This document shows positions 36,475 through 49,610 of a stretch of 64,000 nucleotides of DNA, one piece after another. The notes below the pieces were generated by a model that saw nothing but the letters and a program-made list of their open reading frames with translations, was not told the origin of the DNA and did not search any database. This DNA is from Felis catus (lineage: Eukaryota). Where the stretch lies: positions 14,138,001 through 14,202,000 of the forward strand of contig NC_058383.1 in assembly GCF_018350175.1 (NCBI RefSeq), given 5' to 3'. The translations under genes and the position numbers were made by a program. Numbering within the stretch: position 1 is the stretch's first letter; each line of letters opens with the position of its first letter.

Positions 36475-38258
36475 AAGTGTCATTTTTTTTTTTTTTTTAA
36501 TTCTAGCTTTTCTGGTGGGTTTGATTTGTTTTATTTAGCGGTTTTCGCCACCAAATTCAGATAAGGTATGGATCTCAGCTAGTTTGTCTCCATTTTGTCA
36601 TTTGGTTTCTGTCCTACTGTTTACAATTACGTATTTTTCACTTAGGCGTTGATTTAATTCTTAAAAGTTTGGGTCATCTTTGAGGGGCCTCTTGTGTCTC
36701 AGTGATCTGTGGCTTGGCTTTGAGCCATTATCACTGTTTATGATATGCTTGTTGTGAACACATTCTGATATTTAATGGAGAAAGTCCTTTTTATCCCTTT
36801 CCTCTGAGAAGTAGTGTTTTTCCTTTTTTTCTGTTTTTAATTGCATTTTACGTACGACAGTAAAATAAGGAATGAAAAGCTTTATGGAGCAAAAGGTACT
36901 TTTAAGAGCAGCCCTCCCCTCTCTACCAGGGAGGTATGCTTAGAAGAGTGTTAATTATTAATTTTTTAGGAATTCATCACCCATAACTGTAGTCATCTAT
37001 TTGCTATGTACATATTTTTAGAAAATGATTATGTCGTACACCTAAAACTGACACAGTTATACGGCAGTTATATTATTTCAATAATAAAAAAAATTTGTCA
37101 CACAGACAATATTACAACAGTAGTAAAGAAAATAAAATGAAAAAAAAATCACCCACGGTCACCTGTAATATTTTTTGAAGCGTGTATATAATTCTGTTTA
37201 AGTGTATCTGAAGTTTTATATGGTTTTAATGCTAGCTAAACTTTAGTTTCATATTTTAAATGTATCCATTTGACTTTATATCACACATTTCTCCATATTA
37301 TTATGTTTTAAATGATTATTGTTTTACATGGCTCAGTAAACTCTCTTCCGTTGAGTCCGTGTTTAATAATTGATCTAACCAGTTCCTTTGTTAAGTATTT
37401 AGGCCGTTTTTATAGTGTTTTGCTGTTACAGATAATATAGTAACAAATGTTGTAGTACATACGACTTTTTCTTATTGAGAATTATTTTTGGGGATATTAC
37501 ACCGCAGTGAGGTCACTAGGCCAAAACGTATAGACATATGGGTGTTTATACAAATTGCCAAGTTGTTTTCCCAGCTTGAGAATGTGTGCAAATTGCATAA
37601 TGTAAACGAAGCCTAGGTGAATTTTACTACAGCTTTGCTTTCTTACATAGATGGGTATAGTTACCTTGCAGCTCCTCAAATTAGCAGTATGTCTATTTCA
37701 TGAGAACAAGGAGACACATACTGTATTTCTTTGAAGTTGACCATTTCTCCATTTGTTTATTTATATGATGCTTCTTGTAGGAGTTGGGGCCCCTGTCCAA
37801 TTTTTCCATTCAAGGGAGCTTTCTTGAGCGCTCCTCGAGGGCCAGGAGGCACAGACTCATTCCCCCAAGTTCCTTGCCAGGGATTCCCTCAAGGTAGCAC
37901 CAAATAGACAATGTGCAGCCTTGATTCTAAATTAGCATTCGTGTATCTGCAGGGTTTTCTCACGTGATTCCATTTCCCGTGTGAAGTCTAGGGAGAGGTC
38001 CTGGTGTTCGGGCAACAAAGCTGGTGGGTTTCCAGAGTAGGCTTGCTGAAAACCTCCACTGGGACGGGGTCCTCTATTTTTATGGCTGGAGGATGCACAC
38101 CATCTCTGGGGTCTGATGCTTCGCCTCCTTGTTTTGTTCGCACTGTACAAAGTTCTGCTCTTCTTCTCGGGACTGATCACATGTACAGTGTCTCTGAAAT
38201 CTACCAGCCTAATGTCATGATTCCTTCTCCTTGTCCCATTAAAGAGAGCCCTTCTCAT

Positions 38259-38453
38259 GGGGCGCCTGGGTGGCGCAGTCGGTTAAGCATCCGACTTTAG
38301 CCAGGTCACGATCTCGCAGTCCGTGAGTTCGAACCCCGCGTCAGGCGAGCCTGGAGCCTGCTTCCGATTCTGTGTCTCCCTCTCTCTCTGCCCCTCCCCC
38401 GTTCATGCTCTGTCTCTCTCTGTCCCAAAAATAAACGTTGAAAAAAAAATTTT
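38259..38453 (+). mobile_element. CAN-SINE (young) with internal deletion
   Basis: TSD aaagagagcccttctc at 38241-38256 and 38454-38469. Confidence 0.95.
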
Positions 38454-39566
38454 AAAGAGAGCCCTTCTCTGAATTTCGCCTTTGATCAATTGTGTTCTGT
38501 TTTTTAGTAAACAACTTATATTTAGACTTTGATCCAGTTTCAGTGGCTTTCTGTGTTTGAACTTGTAAGTTTAAACTGTGCCCCTTTGTTGTCAGACCGT
38601 ATTTTTGTTGTTGTTGTTTGACTTATGACATGGCATATTTTTGAGCTGCTCCCTATCTTCCGTGATATGGAATCAGAATAATTTTATTTACCTTCATCTT
38701 CTGTAGTGATATGGAGGGTAGATCCCTATTGAAGCCTTCTACTCATGTGCACTAAGGCCTGAAGGAATTTCATCTGGCAACGTGGATAGTAGAGGTGATG
38801 GAAACTCGTCGGGCTGAGGGTGGGAATAGGATAGGAGGCGTGTCCTATCAGGTGGACTCTCCGAGAAAGGGCTTTCCAAGGTAAAAACCGACATGCCACC
38901 ATGAGGAAGCGTCACCAGTGCCTAGACTTTTGGGGGAGAGTAGCGAGAGATGAACAGACAGCCAGTGAACTGGTCTTGGGGGCCTCACATGCCATGTTGA
39001 TGCGAGTGAACTTGATCTTGAAGTCACCACGAGCTATTGGAGCTACGCCATCAGCAGTTCTTTGAAATGGCAGAGCAAAAGTTCACCGAAGAAGGTTTTC
39101 CGGCCACGGCTTTTGCCTGGGTATTTGTCGGAGGCACACGTTTGGAGTCGGTGACGTATGTTCTGGAATGAGATCGACGCAGAGCCATAATTTTGATTTA
39201 AACGAGATGGTTCCGTGAACAACAACACATACCTGCTCCCAAAGGGAGATTGATCAGGGGAGAAGTAACCTCCTCACAGATTCCTGCAACCAAAAAGCCT
39301 CCGCCAGACTGACCCACAACAGATTCCCCCCAAAGAAGCAGGTGTGATGTGGCTTTCACGTTGTGTTTGTTTTAATGTAATCCATGCTCGTAAAATCACA
39401 TAAGGTATTTCTGTTTCTTTTCTTGTGTAAGAAGTTTCAGTATTTTCATGGTATGATACGTAATTCCAGAAATGGAATTTCTTGTTAATAACATTATACT
39501 CACAGGAAACAAATCATTGATTTCTCACTACTCGACTTGCTACTTTTGTTCAGTAATTGATTAGGT

Positions 39567-39909
39567 CAGGGGGTGGCAAACTTCTTCTGAAAAAGCCTGG
39601 AGAATACATAGTTTCAGCTCTGCGGGCCATATGGTTTCTGTCAGAACCATACACCCTGCCTCTGTAGTGTGAAAGCTACACTACAGTGGCTACAGGCACT
39701 GCGTAAACAAATGAGTATAGCTGTGTGCCAATAAAACTTTATTTTTGGCCCGTGAAATTTGAATTTCATATAATTTTCATGTGTCACAAAATATTATTCT
39801 TCTCTGGATATTTTTTCCACCCTGGAAAAATGCAAAAATCTTCTTAGCTTGTAGGCTGTACGAGAACAGGCCATGGGCTGGACTTGGGCCATAATTTACT
39901 GGCCCTCTG
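39567..39909 (+). mobile_element. MER58B hAT-Charlie element
   Basis: cagggggtggcaaact..ccaataaaactttattt..gaaatttgaatttcatataattttcatgtgtcacaaaatattattc; degenerate 8-bp TSD gattaggt/gcctaggt. Confidence 0.85.
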
Positions 39910-40165
39910 GCCTAGGTCGTTGGGGTTGTCTGGATAGCTGTGATTTACATAACTCACTCCATGTGCTCGGTTCTGTGCTGCACACTTTCTGCGCATCAGC
40001 TCCCATAATCTCTCGTGAAAACCCTGAATTATATTTATTTATAGGCAGGGAGACTGAGGCTTCCTGAGTGCCCAGGGTTATGGAGTCATCATGTAAAATG
40101 GATGATGGGGTGACATAGTGAACTGAGATCTGCCTGAATTTAGGTTGAACTGTAAATCCCTGTTC

Positions 40166-40390
40166 TTTTCTTCCCTTCTTCTTTTTTTTTTTTTTAGAGA
40201 GCGTGAGAGCAGGGGAGAGGGGCAGAGGGGAGGGGGGTGAGAGAGAGAGAGAGGGAGAGAGAATCTTAAGCAGGCTCCACACTCAATGCAGAGTCCAATG
40301 CGGGGCTCAATTGCATTACCCTGGTGGGATCATGACTTGAGTTGAAATCAAGAGTTGGAGGTATAACCAACTGAATCACCCAGGCGCTCC
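40166..40390 (-). mobile_element. CAN-SINE
   Basis: TSD aaatccctgttctt. Confidence 0.93.
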
Positions 40391-40584
40391 TAAAAATCCC
40401 TGTTCTTGAGGAGTTTACAGAGTTGTGGGGAAGAGAGTGGGCAGTTCAATCATTTTGTAATTGGCATACCATGTCATAATTCAGCCAGTGAGCAGATTTC
40501 CTAGCTAGAACGTACTAATAAAGCCTGGGATGATTCTTGGGTCTTTATCAGACTTAGTACAGGAGAGAGGAGAAGTTGTCTAGG

Positions 40585-40775
40585 CGTGAATCTGGCTTCA
40601 CTAGTTGGAAGTTGCATTGACCTTCAAGTTATTTATTCTCTCTCTGCCTCAGTTTCCTCGTTTTTACATGCAAGTAAAAATAGTTGTTTGCATGGGGGAG
40701 TTGTCAAAAGGATTACATGAGCTGGGATATGCTAAGTGGCTGGCACGTTAAATGGGAGCTGTTGTTACTATTCTG
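40585..40775 (+). mobile_element. MIR
   Basis: ctctctgcctcagtttcctcg core. Confidence 0.7.
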
Positions 40776-41250
40776 AACTTCCAGTCAAGTAAAACCCCCA
40801 TAGCTATGTTTAAAACTCATGCTGCTGCTAAATATTTTCTCCCCATTCTATTTTGATGAACTTATTTTTGGTGAAAAAAGATTATATTTTATGGGCCAGC
40901 AAAGTTGTTCAGTGTATTTTGCCTACATTCAAATATTAAACTGCGGGAGAATTTACTTTTGTATGTAGTCCTTACTAATGTTTGGGGTGACTTCTTTCAG
41001 GATGAACTATATCACACGCCTTCTCTTCCTATGGTTAGAATTATTTCGCAGGGCTTAGCAGAACCCTTACATTTGTTAAACTTCATTGTAGGTCTTTCAG
41101 ACTTGGGAGGGCTTTGTGGGTATATGTGTCCATACGTGTCTAGTTTTTTTTTTTTTCTTTTTTTTCCTTTCTGTAGTTGTGTATCTTCCTCCAGCAATCG
41201 GTTTGTTTAAACTTTATATTTCTCATTGGCTTGGTATTTTAAACGTAAGA

Positions 41251-41461
41251 ATTTTTTTTAAAGTTTATTTCTTTATTTTGAGAGAGACAGAGAGAGCATG
41301 CGGGGAAGGGGCAGAAAAAGAGGAAGACAGAATCCCAAGCAGGCTCTGCACTGTCAGCATGGAGTTTGACACACGGTGCTCGATCTCACAAAGTGTGAGA
41401 TCGTGACCTGAGCCGGAACCAAGAGTCAGATGCTTAATGGACTGAACCACCCAGGTGCCCC
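41251..41461 (-). mobile_element. CAN-SINE
   Basis: TSD ggtattttaa. Confidence 0.92.
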
Positions 41462-41599
41462 GGTATTTTAAGCTTTAATAGAAAAAATATATATAGGTAT
41501 ATTTATGTAAATATAAAATTTATTTAGGAACGTGTAATTTATTTACTTATTTAATGTTTATTTAACATGTATTTGTTTATTTAATGTTTTATTGGCTTA

Positions 41600-41805
41600 T
41601 TTATTTTTTCATGTTTATTTATTTTCGAGAGAGAGAGAGCGTGTGAGTGAGCACGGGGGAGGGGCAGAGAGAGAGGGAGACACAGAATCAGAATCAGGCT
41701 CCAGGCTCTGAACAGAGCCAGATGCAGGGCTCGAACCCACCAACCGTGAGATCGTGACCTGAGCCGGAGTCGGATGCTCAACAGACCAAGCCCCCCAGAC
41801 GTCCC
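41600..41805 (-). mobile_element. CAN-SINE
   Basis: SINE body with AT-rich tail. Confidence 0.9.
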
Positions 41806-41988
41806 TATTTACTTAATGTTTTAAACATTAAACATTTAAAAAACAAGAGAGAAAATTATAAATTACCCTAGAGATACCAATATGACTATGCATAGTATTT
41901 TCAAATGACTCTTCATCATATGCATTGTTATTTCTCATATGTAATGTTGTGCATTTGTGTTTATTTCTTGTTTATATTTACCTGAGGA

Positions 41989-42210
41989 GGGGGCGCCTGG
42001 GTGGCTCAGTCTGTTGAGTGTCCGACTCTTGATTTGGGCTCAGGTCACGATCCCAGGGTTGTGGGCTCGAGCCCTGCATTGGGCTCTGCGCTAAGTGTGG
42101 AGCCTGCTTAGGATTCTCTCCCTCTCTCTGTCCTCTCTCCCGCCCCACCCCGCCCCTCTCCCCTGCTCTCACGCACTCTCTCTCTAAAATAAAATTAAAA
42201 AAATAAATAA
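41989..42210 (+). mobile_element. CAN-SINE
   Basis: TSD atttacctgagga. Confidence 0.93.
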
Positions 42211-42318
42211 ATTTACCTGAGGATTTTGTTTTTTTAGAGTTTTGAAAAAAACAAAACAAAGCAAACTCTTACTTTTGTCATTCCCAAGACGTTTTTGTGT
42301 GTTTTATTAACAATTGTA

Positions 42319-42563
42319 GGGGCGCCTGGGTGGCGCAGTCGGTTAAGCGTCCGACTTCAGCTCAGGTCACGATCTCGCGGTCCGTGAGTTCGAGCCCCGC
42401 GTCAGGCTCTGGGCTGATGGCTCGGAGCCTGGAGCCTGTTTCCGATTCTGTGTCTCCCTCTCTCTCTGCCCCTCCCCCGTTCATGCTCTGTCTCTCTCTG
42501 TCCCAAAAATAAATAAAAAACGTTGAAAAAAAAATTTAAACAAACAAACAAACAAACAAACAA
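42319..42563 (+). mobile_element. CAN-SINE (young) with (AAAC)n tail
   Basis: Near-consensus; TSD aacaattgta at 42309-42318 and 42564-42573. Confidence 0.96.
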
Positions 42564-43009
42564 AACAATTGTAATCAGAGAATTTGACTTCTATAATAGT
42601 TACTTTTCTGTACCTAATGGCATGTACTATATTATAAATTACGGTCCTATTGCCTTCTCTGAAAAGGAGAAACATTCTGTTTTCATTTAATTTGTTCTGA
42701 TTCTCCATTAATTAAGCCCTATTAATTATATTGTTCAGATGCGGGTCATTGCTCTTTAATGTACCAGATTACCAAATTGTAACAGCGTGGCTTTATGGTA
42801 AATAAATCGCCACTACTCTGGCGATTCTATCAAGTTCTCTACATTGGGCAATCAGTCTTTATTTATGGATTTCACTGACATTTGTTATTTGAGAAATTGT
42901 TCGACGTTCTTTGGTTTTCAGTTCTTAGTTTGCCTTTAACAGTTTATAATGGCCATATGTAATCTGTTAAGTGAATTTTGACTCACTCCGTAATGTATCC
43001 ATTTTTACC

Positions 43010-46000
43010 TCTTTAATTGAAGGACAATTAACAAGCAGGGTTATGTTAGTTTCAGGTGTATGACAGAAGGATTCAACCATTGAATGACTCAGTGCTCATG
43101 GAGATAAGTGTACCCTGGATCCCCTTTATCTGTTTCACCCACCCCCCCCCCACCTCCCCTTGGGCAACTACCAGTTCTGTGTATTTAAGAATCTGGTTTT
43201 TTGTTTGTCTCTTTATTTGTTCATTCGTTTTATCTCTTCAGTTACACATACAAGTGAAATCATATGGTATTTGCCTTTCTCTGACTCACTTATTTCGCTC
43301 AGCATCATACTCTAGTTCCATCCATGTTGTTGCAAATAGCAAGATTTCGTTCTTTTTTGTGGCTGAATAATATTCCATTAAATTTAATGGAATACATATA
43401 TATATTCTATAATATATATTCTATATATTCTATTACATATATTCTATACATATATTCTCTAATACAGGTATTGACACTTGGCTTGGTTCCATATCTTCGT
43501 TATTGTAAATAACGCTTCAATAAAAATGCATGTATCTTTTTGAATTAGTGTTTTTATTTTCTTTGGGTAAATACCCTGTAGCGGACGTACTGGATCATAT
43601 GGTAATTCTATTTTTAATATTTTGAGGAGCCTCCAGACTGTTTTCCACGCTGGCTGTACCGGTTTGCATTCCTACCAACAGTGCATGAGAATTCCTTTGT
43701 CTCCACATCCTCCCCAACACTTCCTATTTCATGTGTTTTTGATGTTAGCCAGTCTGACAGGTGTGAAGTGATGTCCCATTGTGGTTTTGATTTGCATTTC
43801 CCTGATTATGAGTGATATCGAGCATCTTTTTATGCATCTGTTGGCCATCTGTAAGTCTTTGGAAGAATATCTATTCGGGTCCTCTGCCCATTTATTAAAT
43901 TGAATTTTTGTTTTTTTGGTGTTGAGTTGTAGAAGTGCTTCGTATATGCTGGGTATTATCCTCTTATCAGATCTATCACTTGCAAATATCTTCTCCCATT
44001 CAGTAAGTTGCCTTTTTGTTTTGTTGATGGTTTCCTTCACTGTGCAGAAGCTTTTTTAAATTTTTTTTTTAAAACTGTTTGTTTATTTTTGAGAGACAGA
44101 GACAGACAGAGAACAGGAGAGAGAGAGAATCCCAAGCAGGCTCCACACTCAGCACGGAGCCTGACGTGGGGCTCGACCTCACCGCCGTGAGATCATGACC
44201 CGAGCCCAAAATCAAGCTGGACGCTTAACTGACTGAGCCACCCAGGCGCCCCTGTACAAAAGCTTTTTATTCTTGTGTTGTCGTAATAGTTGAATTTTGC
44301 TTTTGTTTTCTTTGCCTGAGGAGACATATCTAGAAACATGTTTCTACAGCTGATGTCAAAGAAATTATTGCCTGTGTTTTCTTCTAGGAATTTTATGGTT
44401 CCAGGTCCCACATTTAGGTCTTTAAATCCGTTTCGAGTTTATTTTTGTGTATGGTGTAAGAAAGTGGTCCAGTTTCATTTTCTTGCATGCAGCTGTCCAG
44501 TTTTCCCAACACCATGTGTTAAAGAGACTGTCTTTTGCTCATTGTATATTCTTGTCTCCTTTGTCATAGGTTAATTGACCATATAAGTATGGGTTTGTTT
44601 CTGGGCTCTCTCTCTCCTGTTCTATTGTTCTTTCGATGACCACAGCTTTGTAGTGAATCTTGAAGCCTAGGGTAGTAACCCTTCCAGACTGCTTTGGCTG
44701 CTTGGGGTTTTTGTGTTTTTTTCATGGTTCCATACAAATTTTAGGATTCATTGTTCTAATTCTGTGAAAAATATTGTTGGTATTTTGCTAGGGATTTCAC
44801 TAAATCTGTAGATGGCTTCGGGTAGCATGGACATTTTAGCAATACTGATTTTTCCAGTCCCTGAGCACGGAATGTCTTCTCATTTGCTTGCTTCGTCTTC
44901 GGTTTCTTTCACTGATGTGTTACGGTTTTCAGAGTACAGGTCTTTTAATTCCTTGATTAAGTTTATTCCTAGGTATTTTTTATCGTTTGTTTCGTGCAGT
45001 TGTAAATGCGGTTGTCTTCTTAATTTATTTTCCTGCTTCTTCGTTATGAGGGTATAGAAATGCCACACGTTACTGTCTACTGATTTTGCATCCCATTTTC
45101 CTGAATTCACTTACCAGTTCTTGTAGTGTTTTAGTGGAGTCTTTCGGGTTTTCTATATATAGTATCATGTTCTCTGCAAAGAGTGAAAGTTTGACTTCCT
45201 CCTTACCAATTTGGATGCCTTTTATTTCTTTTTCTCGTCTGACTGCTGTGTCAAGACTTCCGGTACTATGTTGAATGAAGGTGGTGACAGCGGACATCCT
45301 TGTCTTGTTCCTGACCTTAGGGGAAAAGCTCTCAGTTTTTCCCCATTGAGGATGATGTGAGCTGCGGGTTTTTCCTCTCTGGCCTTTTATTATGTTGAAG
45401 GATGTTCCCTCTGAACCTACTTTGTTGAGAGCTGTTGTCGTGGATGTTGTACTTTGGCAAATGCTTTTCCCGCATCTATTGAGCCGATCATCCTTGTTTT
45501 AGCCTTTTTCTTGTTAATGTGATGGATCGCATTGATTGATTTGAGAATATTGGATGGACTTTGCGTCCCTGGGATAAATCCCACTTGGTTGTGGCGTATG
45601 ATTTTTGTTTCGTTTTGTGTTTAATGTAGTGTCAGATTTGGTCTGCCAATGTTTTGTTGAAGACTTTTGAATCTGCGTTCATTAGAGATATTGGCCTTAG
45701 AGTTTTCTTTTTTTGTAGTGTCTTTATCTGGTTTTGATATCAGGGTAATAATGCTGGCTTCATAGGATGAATTTGGAAGGCTTTCTTCCCCTTGGATTTT
45801 TTGGAATAATTTGAAGATAAATCAGCATGAACTCTTCTTTAAATGTCTGCTAGAGTTTACCTGTGAAGCTCTCTGATGCTGGACTTTTGCTTGTTGGGAG
45901 TTTTTCGATTACTGATTCAGTTTCATTGTTAGCAAGCAATCTGTTCAGATTCCTATTTCTTCCTGACTCAGTTTGGGAAGATTATATGCTGGTAGGAATT

Positions 46001-46145
46001 TATCCCTTTCTTTAAGGCTGGCCAACTTGTTGGTTTATATTTTTTCGTATACAATACAGTCCTTTGTATTTCTGTGGTGATGGTTCGTACTTCTCCTTCA
46101 TTTCTGCATTTGTTTATTTGAATTCTTTTATTCCTTTTTTTCAAA
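43010..46145 (-). mobile_element. L1 LINE, ~3 kb, 5'-truncated, inactive (ORF2 RT and C-terminal remnants)
   Basis: Fragmented ORF2p peptides [29 protein letters not shown] (FADD motif decayed), [38 protein letters not shown]; frameshifts and stops. Confidence 0.95.
44056..44252 (-). mobile_element. CAN-SINE inside the L1
   Basis: TSD tgtgcagaagctttt/tgtacaaaagctttt. Confidence 0.93.
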
Positions 46146-46521
46146 AATCTGTACACATCCTTTTATAGTGACTTTTTATTCATGTGTAACGGATTTTGCT
46201 TACTAATCCAGTCAGGAACTCCTTTTTTCCCCCCTGCATGGGATAATAATTAAGTTCTTTTATATTTGGCGTTACATTTGGGTCATCTTCTGTCATCTAA
46301 TGATTATTTTCATATTTTTAGTTCTTTTGACATTTCTTTCCAATTATGACTGCAGAATTCTGGCCATTCCTCAATGGCCGTATTCCTCCTTCTTCTTCTT
46401 CTCCCCCCCCCCCCAATTAATTTTATTTTTCTGGTAACCAGACTCTACTGTAATATTACTAAACCATATTGGTCAGCAAGCATTATATCTATGTACATAC
46501 CTTTAAGTTTTTAACTACTTA

Positions 46522-46722
46522 GGGGCACCTGGGTGGCTTGGTCGGTTCAGCGTCGGGACTCTTGATTTCGGCTCAGGTCATGATCTCAGGGTTCTTGAGT
46601 TCAAGCCCCATCTCAGGCTCTTTGCTGATAGCTCAGAGCCTGCTTGGAATTCTCTCTCCCTCTCTTTCTCTGCCCTTCCTCACTCACTTGCTCTCTCGGG
46701 CTCTCAAAAGAAACAAATATTA
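46522..46722 (+). mobile_element. CAN-SINE
   Basis: TSD taac(t/c)actta. Confidence 0.92.
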
Positions 46723-46779
46723 AATTTGTAACCACTTAACTCAAACCAATAATTTTGGTTTAAAAATACTTTAAATAAC

Positions 46780-47240
46780 AATTATGTGTATTGAAGGTGA
46801 TGATTTGATTGAAGCATGATGATTTGATATACGAGGGCATGGTGCAATGGTTATTATAGTCAAGCTAATTTAACCTTTTGCTTCTGGACATAGTTACAAT
46901 TTGTGTGTGTGTGTCTGATGGGAGCACCTGAAATCTGCTCTCTGAGTAAATTTCCAGTATTCAGTACAACGTATGAACTACAGGCATCATCCTGTACGTT
47001 ACAACGTTAGACTTCCTCATCTTGCATAGCTGTAACTTGGCGCCCTTGGAGCAAAGTCCTTCTCTCCACCTCCCTGCCCCGCCGTTTAACCACCATTCTA
47101 CTTTGTGTTTCTGTGTTGCCACCTTTTTAAGATTGCACTTGGAAGTGAGATCATGCAGCGTTTTTTTTTTTTTTTTTTGTTTGTTTGTTTGTTTGTTTTT
47201 CTTCTCTTTCTGTGTCTGGCTTATTTCACTTAGTATAATA
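46780..47240 (-). mobile_element. L1MA-type 3' end
   Basis: caagctaatt..gaaatctgctctct..aaccaccattctact..gtgagatcatgcag..tgtgtctggcttatttcacttag. Confidence 0.8.
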
Positions 47241-48099
47241 AATCCGCAATTTTGGATCCTCTCAACAGAAGAAGAGCAGGTGGGTCCCGCTCTCCCCCCA
47301 GGCCCTGCACCCAGTTCCCAACTTTCCCTTTACATGCAGAAACTTTGAGAAGCTCAGAGAGGTTTTTGTTTTGTCTTCGATGCCATACTTTACCTGGTTC
47401 TCACTGATCTGTGATTGGATTGATTCTTATTCCTCGCAGTACGGCAGCCCCTCCCGTTAGTGTCCTTTATGTATCTTTTGGAGTTGGCATTTAAACTCAG
47501 TCGCCGCTTTGAAGTAATTTCAGAAGTGAAATTTGTCAGAGCCATAAATAATTCCTTCAGGAGTTGGACACATTTAGGTCTTCTGTTGGAGGTGCTGTGG
47601 AGTGGCAGCTTTGCAGGGCAAACAATGCGTGGAATTCTCTGCTTTTACTTCTGAGGATTTATGTGTGTGGCTAAGGTCTAAGATAGAATTCCAAGAAAAG
47701 GCTTATTTGTTCTGTTTGTTTAAGATGCGATTTGTTCTTTTCCTTTTTCAGTGCATTAGGAAGGCATTTCCTAGGAGAGATTGGGATCTTCCTCCTTGCT
47801 TGTGGATGCTGGAAGGAACATCGAGAGCAGCATTGGTCTCCAAACTAAGTTTTTAAACAATCCAGGAAACCCGTCTCCTTCCAGAGCACGTTTTCCTTTA
47901 TTTTTTGATACGGCTTTTATAGGCGCTTTTCACAGTTTGTAGGTCAGGTTCCCCTTTGTATTCCTGTGTCTCTTCTAATTTCTCTACGTCTCCTCCGTTC
48001 TCTGGAATATGGTTTCATTGATGTGATGTTTTGCAGAACCACTATGGCTTTTGACTACATTTCTGGGATGTTCCTAATTGGTAGCATTTTGTTGCAGTC

Positions 48100-48292
48100 T
48101 TTTTTTTTAAATGTTTATTTATTTTTGAGAGAGCGAGAGACAGAGCATGAGCAGGGGAGGGGCAGAGAGAGAGACACACACACACACAGAATCTAAAGCA
48201 GGCTCCAGGCTCTGAGCTGTCAGCACAGAGCCCCACATGGGGCTCGAACTCATGAACCACGGGATCGCGACCTGAGCCGAAGTCAGACGATT
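48100..48292 (-). mobile_element. CAN-SINE, 5'-truncated
   Basis: Body ends at gaagtcagacg with no head. Confidence 0.9.
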
Positions 48293-48895
48293 ATAGTTTT
48301 CTTTTAAACCTCAGTTTAATCTTGATTGATTTTTGTAATGCCACCTTTCATCTTTTCACGAGAAGATGCCAGTTGTTTCCTGAATGCCATTTTTGATTCT
48401 GGTGGTTGTTACATGTTGGTGATCAAAGTGCCGTTCCCAGCCCACCCCTCTGGCCGGCTCCCCAGGGCTTTGAGCCTTCTGGCATGGAATACATTTTCGT
48501 CAATCCTGGGTTTCTGATTTTTTTTTTCTTTTTATAGTGTTCAAATTTATTTTTCTGGTTTAGTTGTTTTCTGTTGCATTAGTATTTTTAGTTGGAAGAG
48601 CCTGTTTTGTTATCTTCCGTTGCTGGCAAGTTTTTGTGATCATTTTTCAAAGTGATCTATTACTGTATTTTACTTATTCCCCTGATGTGGGTATGTGAAC
48701 TATTCCAACTTTATTATATTCATTTTTATCTTGGTTATATTGTGATAATAAAATTGAAACTTCTAGACAAGAGAGGATTGTAAAATGTTCTCTCATGTAC
48801 CTCATGTAGGCAACCACCTGGCTTTAGTAATGATTTTTTTTTTTTAGTCTCATTTTATTCACACCCCACAGACCCAGTGTTGTCCTGCAGCATTT

Positions 48896-49108
48896 AAAAA
48901 AAATTTTTTTTTCACATTTTTGTTTATTTTGAGAGACAGAGCAGGAGTGGGGGAGGAACAGAGAGAGAGGGAGACACAGAATCTGAAGCAGGCTCCAGGC
49001 TCTGAGCTGTCAGCACAGATCCTGACGCAGGGCTTGAACCCACAAACTGTGAGATCGTGACCTGAGCCAAAGTTGGACGCTCAACCCACTGAGCCACCCA
49101 GGCGCCCC
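48896..49108 (-). mobile_element. CAN-SINE
   Basis: TSD tgtcc(t/c)gcagcattt. Confidence 0.94.
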
Positions 49109-49269
49109 TGTCCCGCAGCATTTTCAAGGGAAGCCTAGATGTTACGTCATTTCACCCGTCAGTGTCACATATCAGAGTCCTGGGCGTGGCTGGTGCTTCC
49201 TCATGATGGTCCCTGGCTTTGCCCCTCTGACCCCCGTATTTCCTGTAAACTGGTAGTTGGATTGAGAGC

Positions 49270-49610
49270 AGGTGCCCTCCAACATTGTGGCCTTAGGACC
49301 CCTTGGCAATCCTACTGATTATCGAGGACCCCAAATGCTTTTATTTACGTGGATTGTATCTACTGATACGAAGTACATTAGACATTTAAAACTGAGCAAT
49401 GTGTAAAACACAAGCTGACCTCGGCTTGCCCTCCATTGGTCACAGAGGACGTCATCATGTGTCATGCAGCTTCTGGAAAATACCGTATACTTGGGAGAGA
49501 AGAAGCGTTTAAAAGACAACTGTTGTCTTCGTATCATCCAGAAAATAGTTCGGATCTTGTAGATTCTGTGAGAGGTTCTGCGGTTCTCCCAGAGGTCGCA
49601 GATCGCTGGA
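49270..49610 (+). mobile_element. hAT-Charlie (Charlie4-like) fossil
   Basis: ggacccctt..ttatcgaggaccccaaatgcttttatttacgtggattgtatcta..aaaactgag resembles the recalled Charlie4 left end. Confidence 0.6.

Noticed and set aside
43010..46145. Possible functional reverse transcriptase
   Set aside because: L1 ORF2 is fragmented by stops, frameshifts and a SINE, and the catalytic FADD reads FAEN.
47440..47840. Acceptor-like sites at ~47439 and ~47751
   Set aside because: No strong matching donors and unrecognisable peptides.
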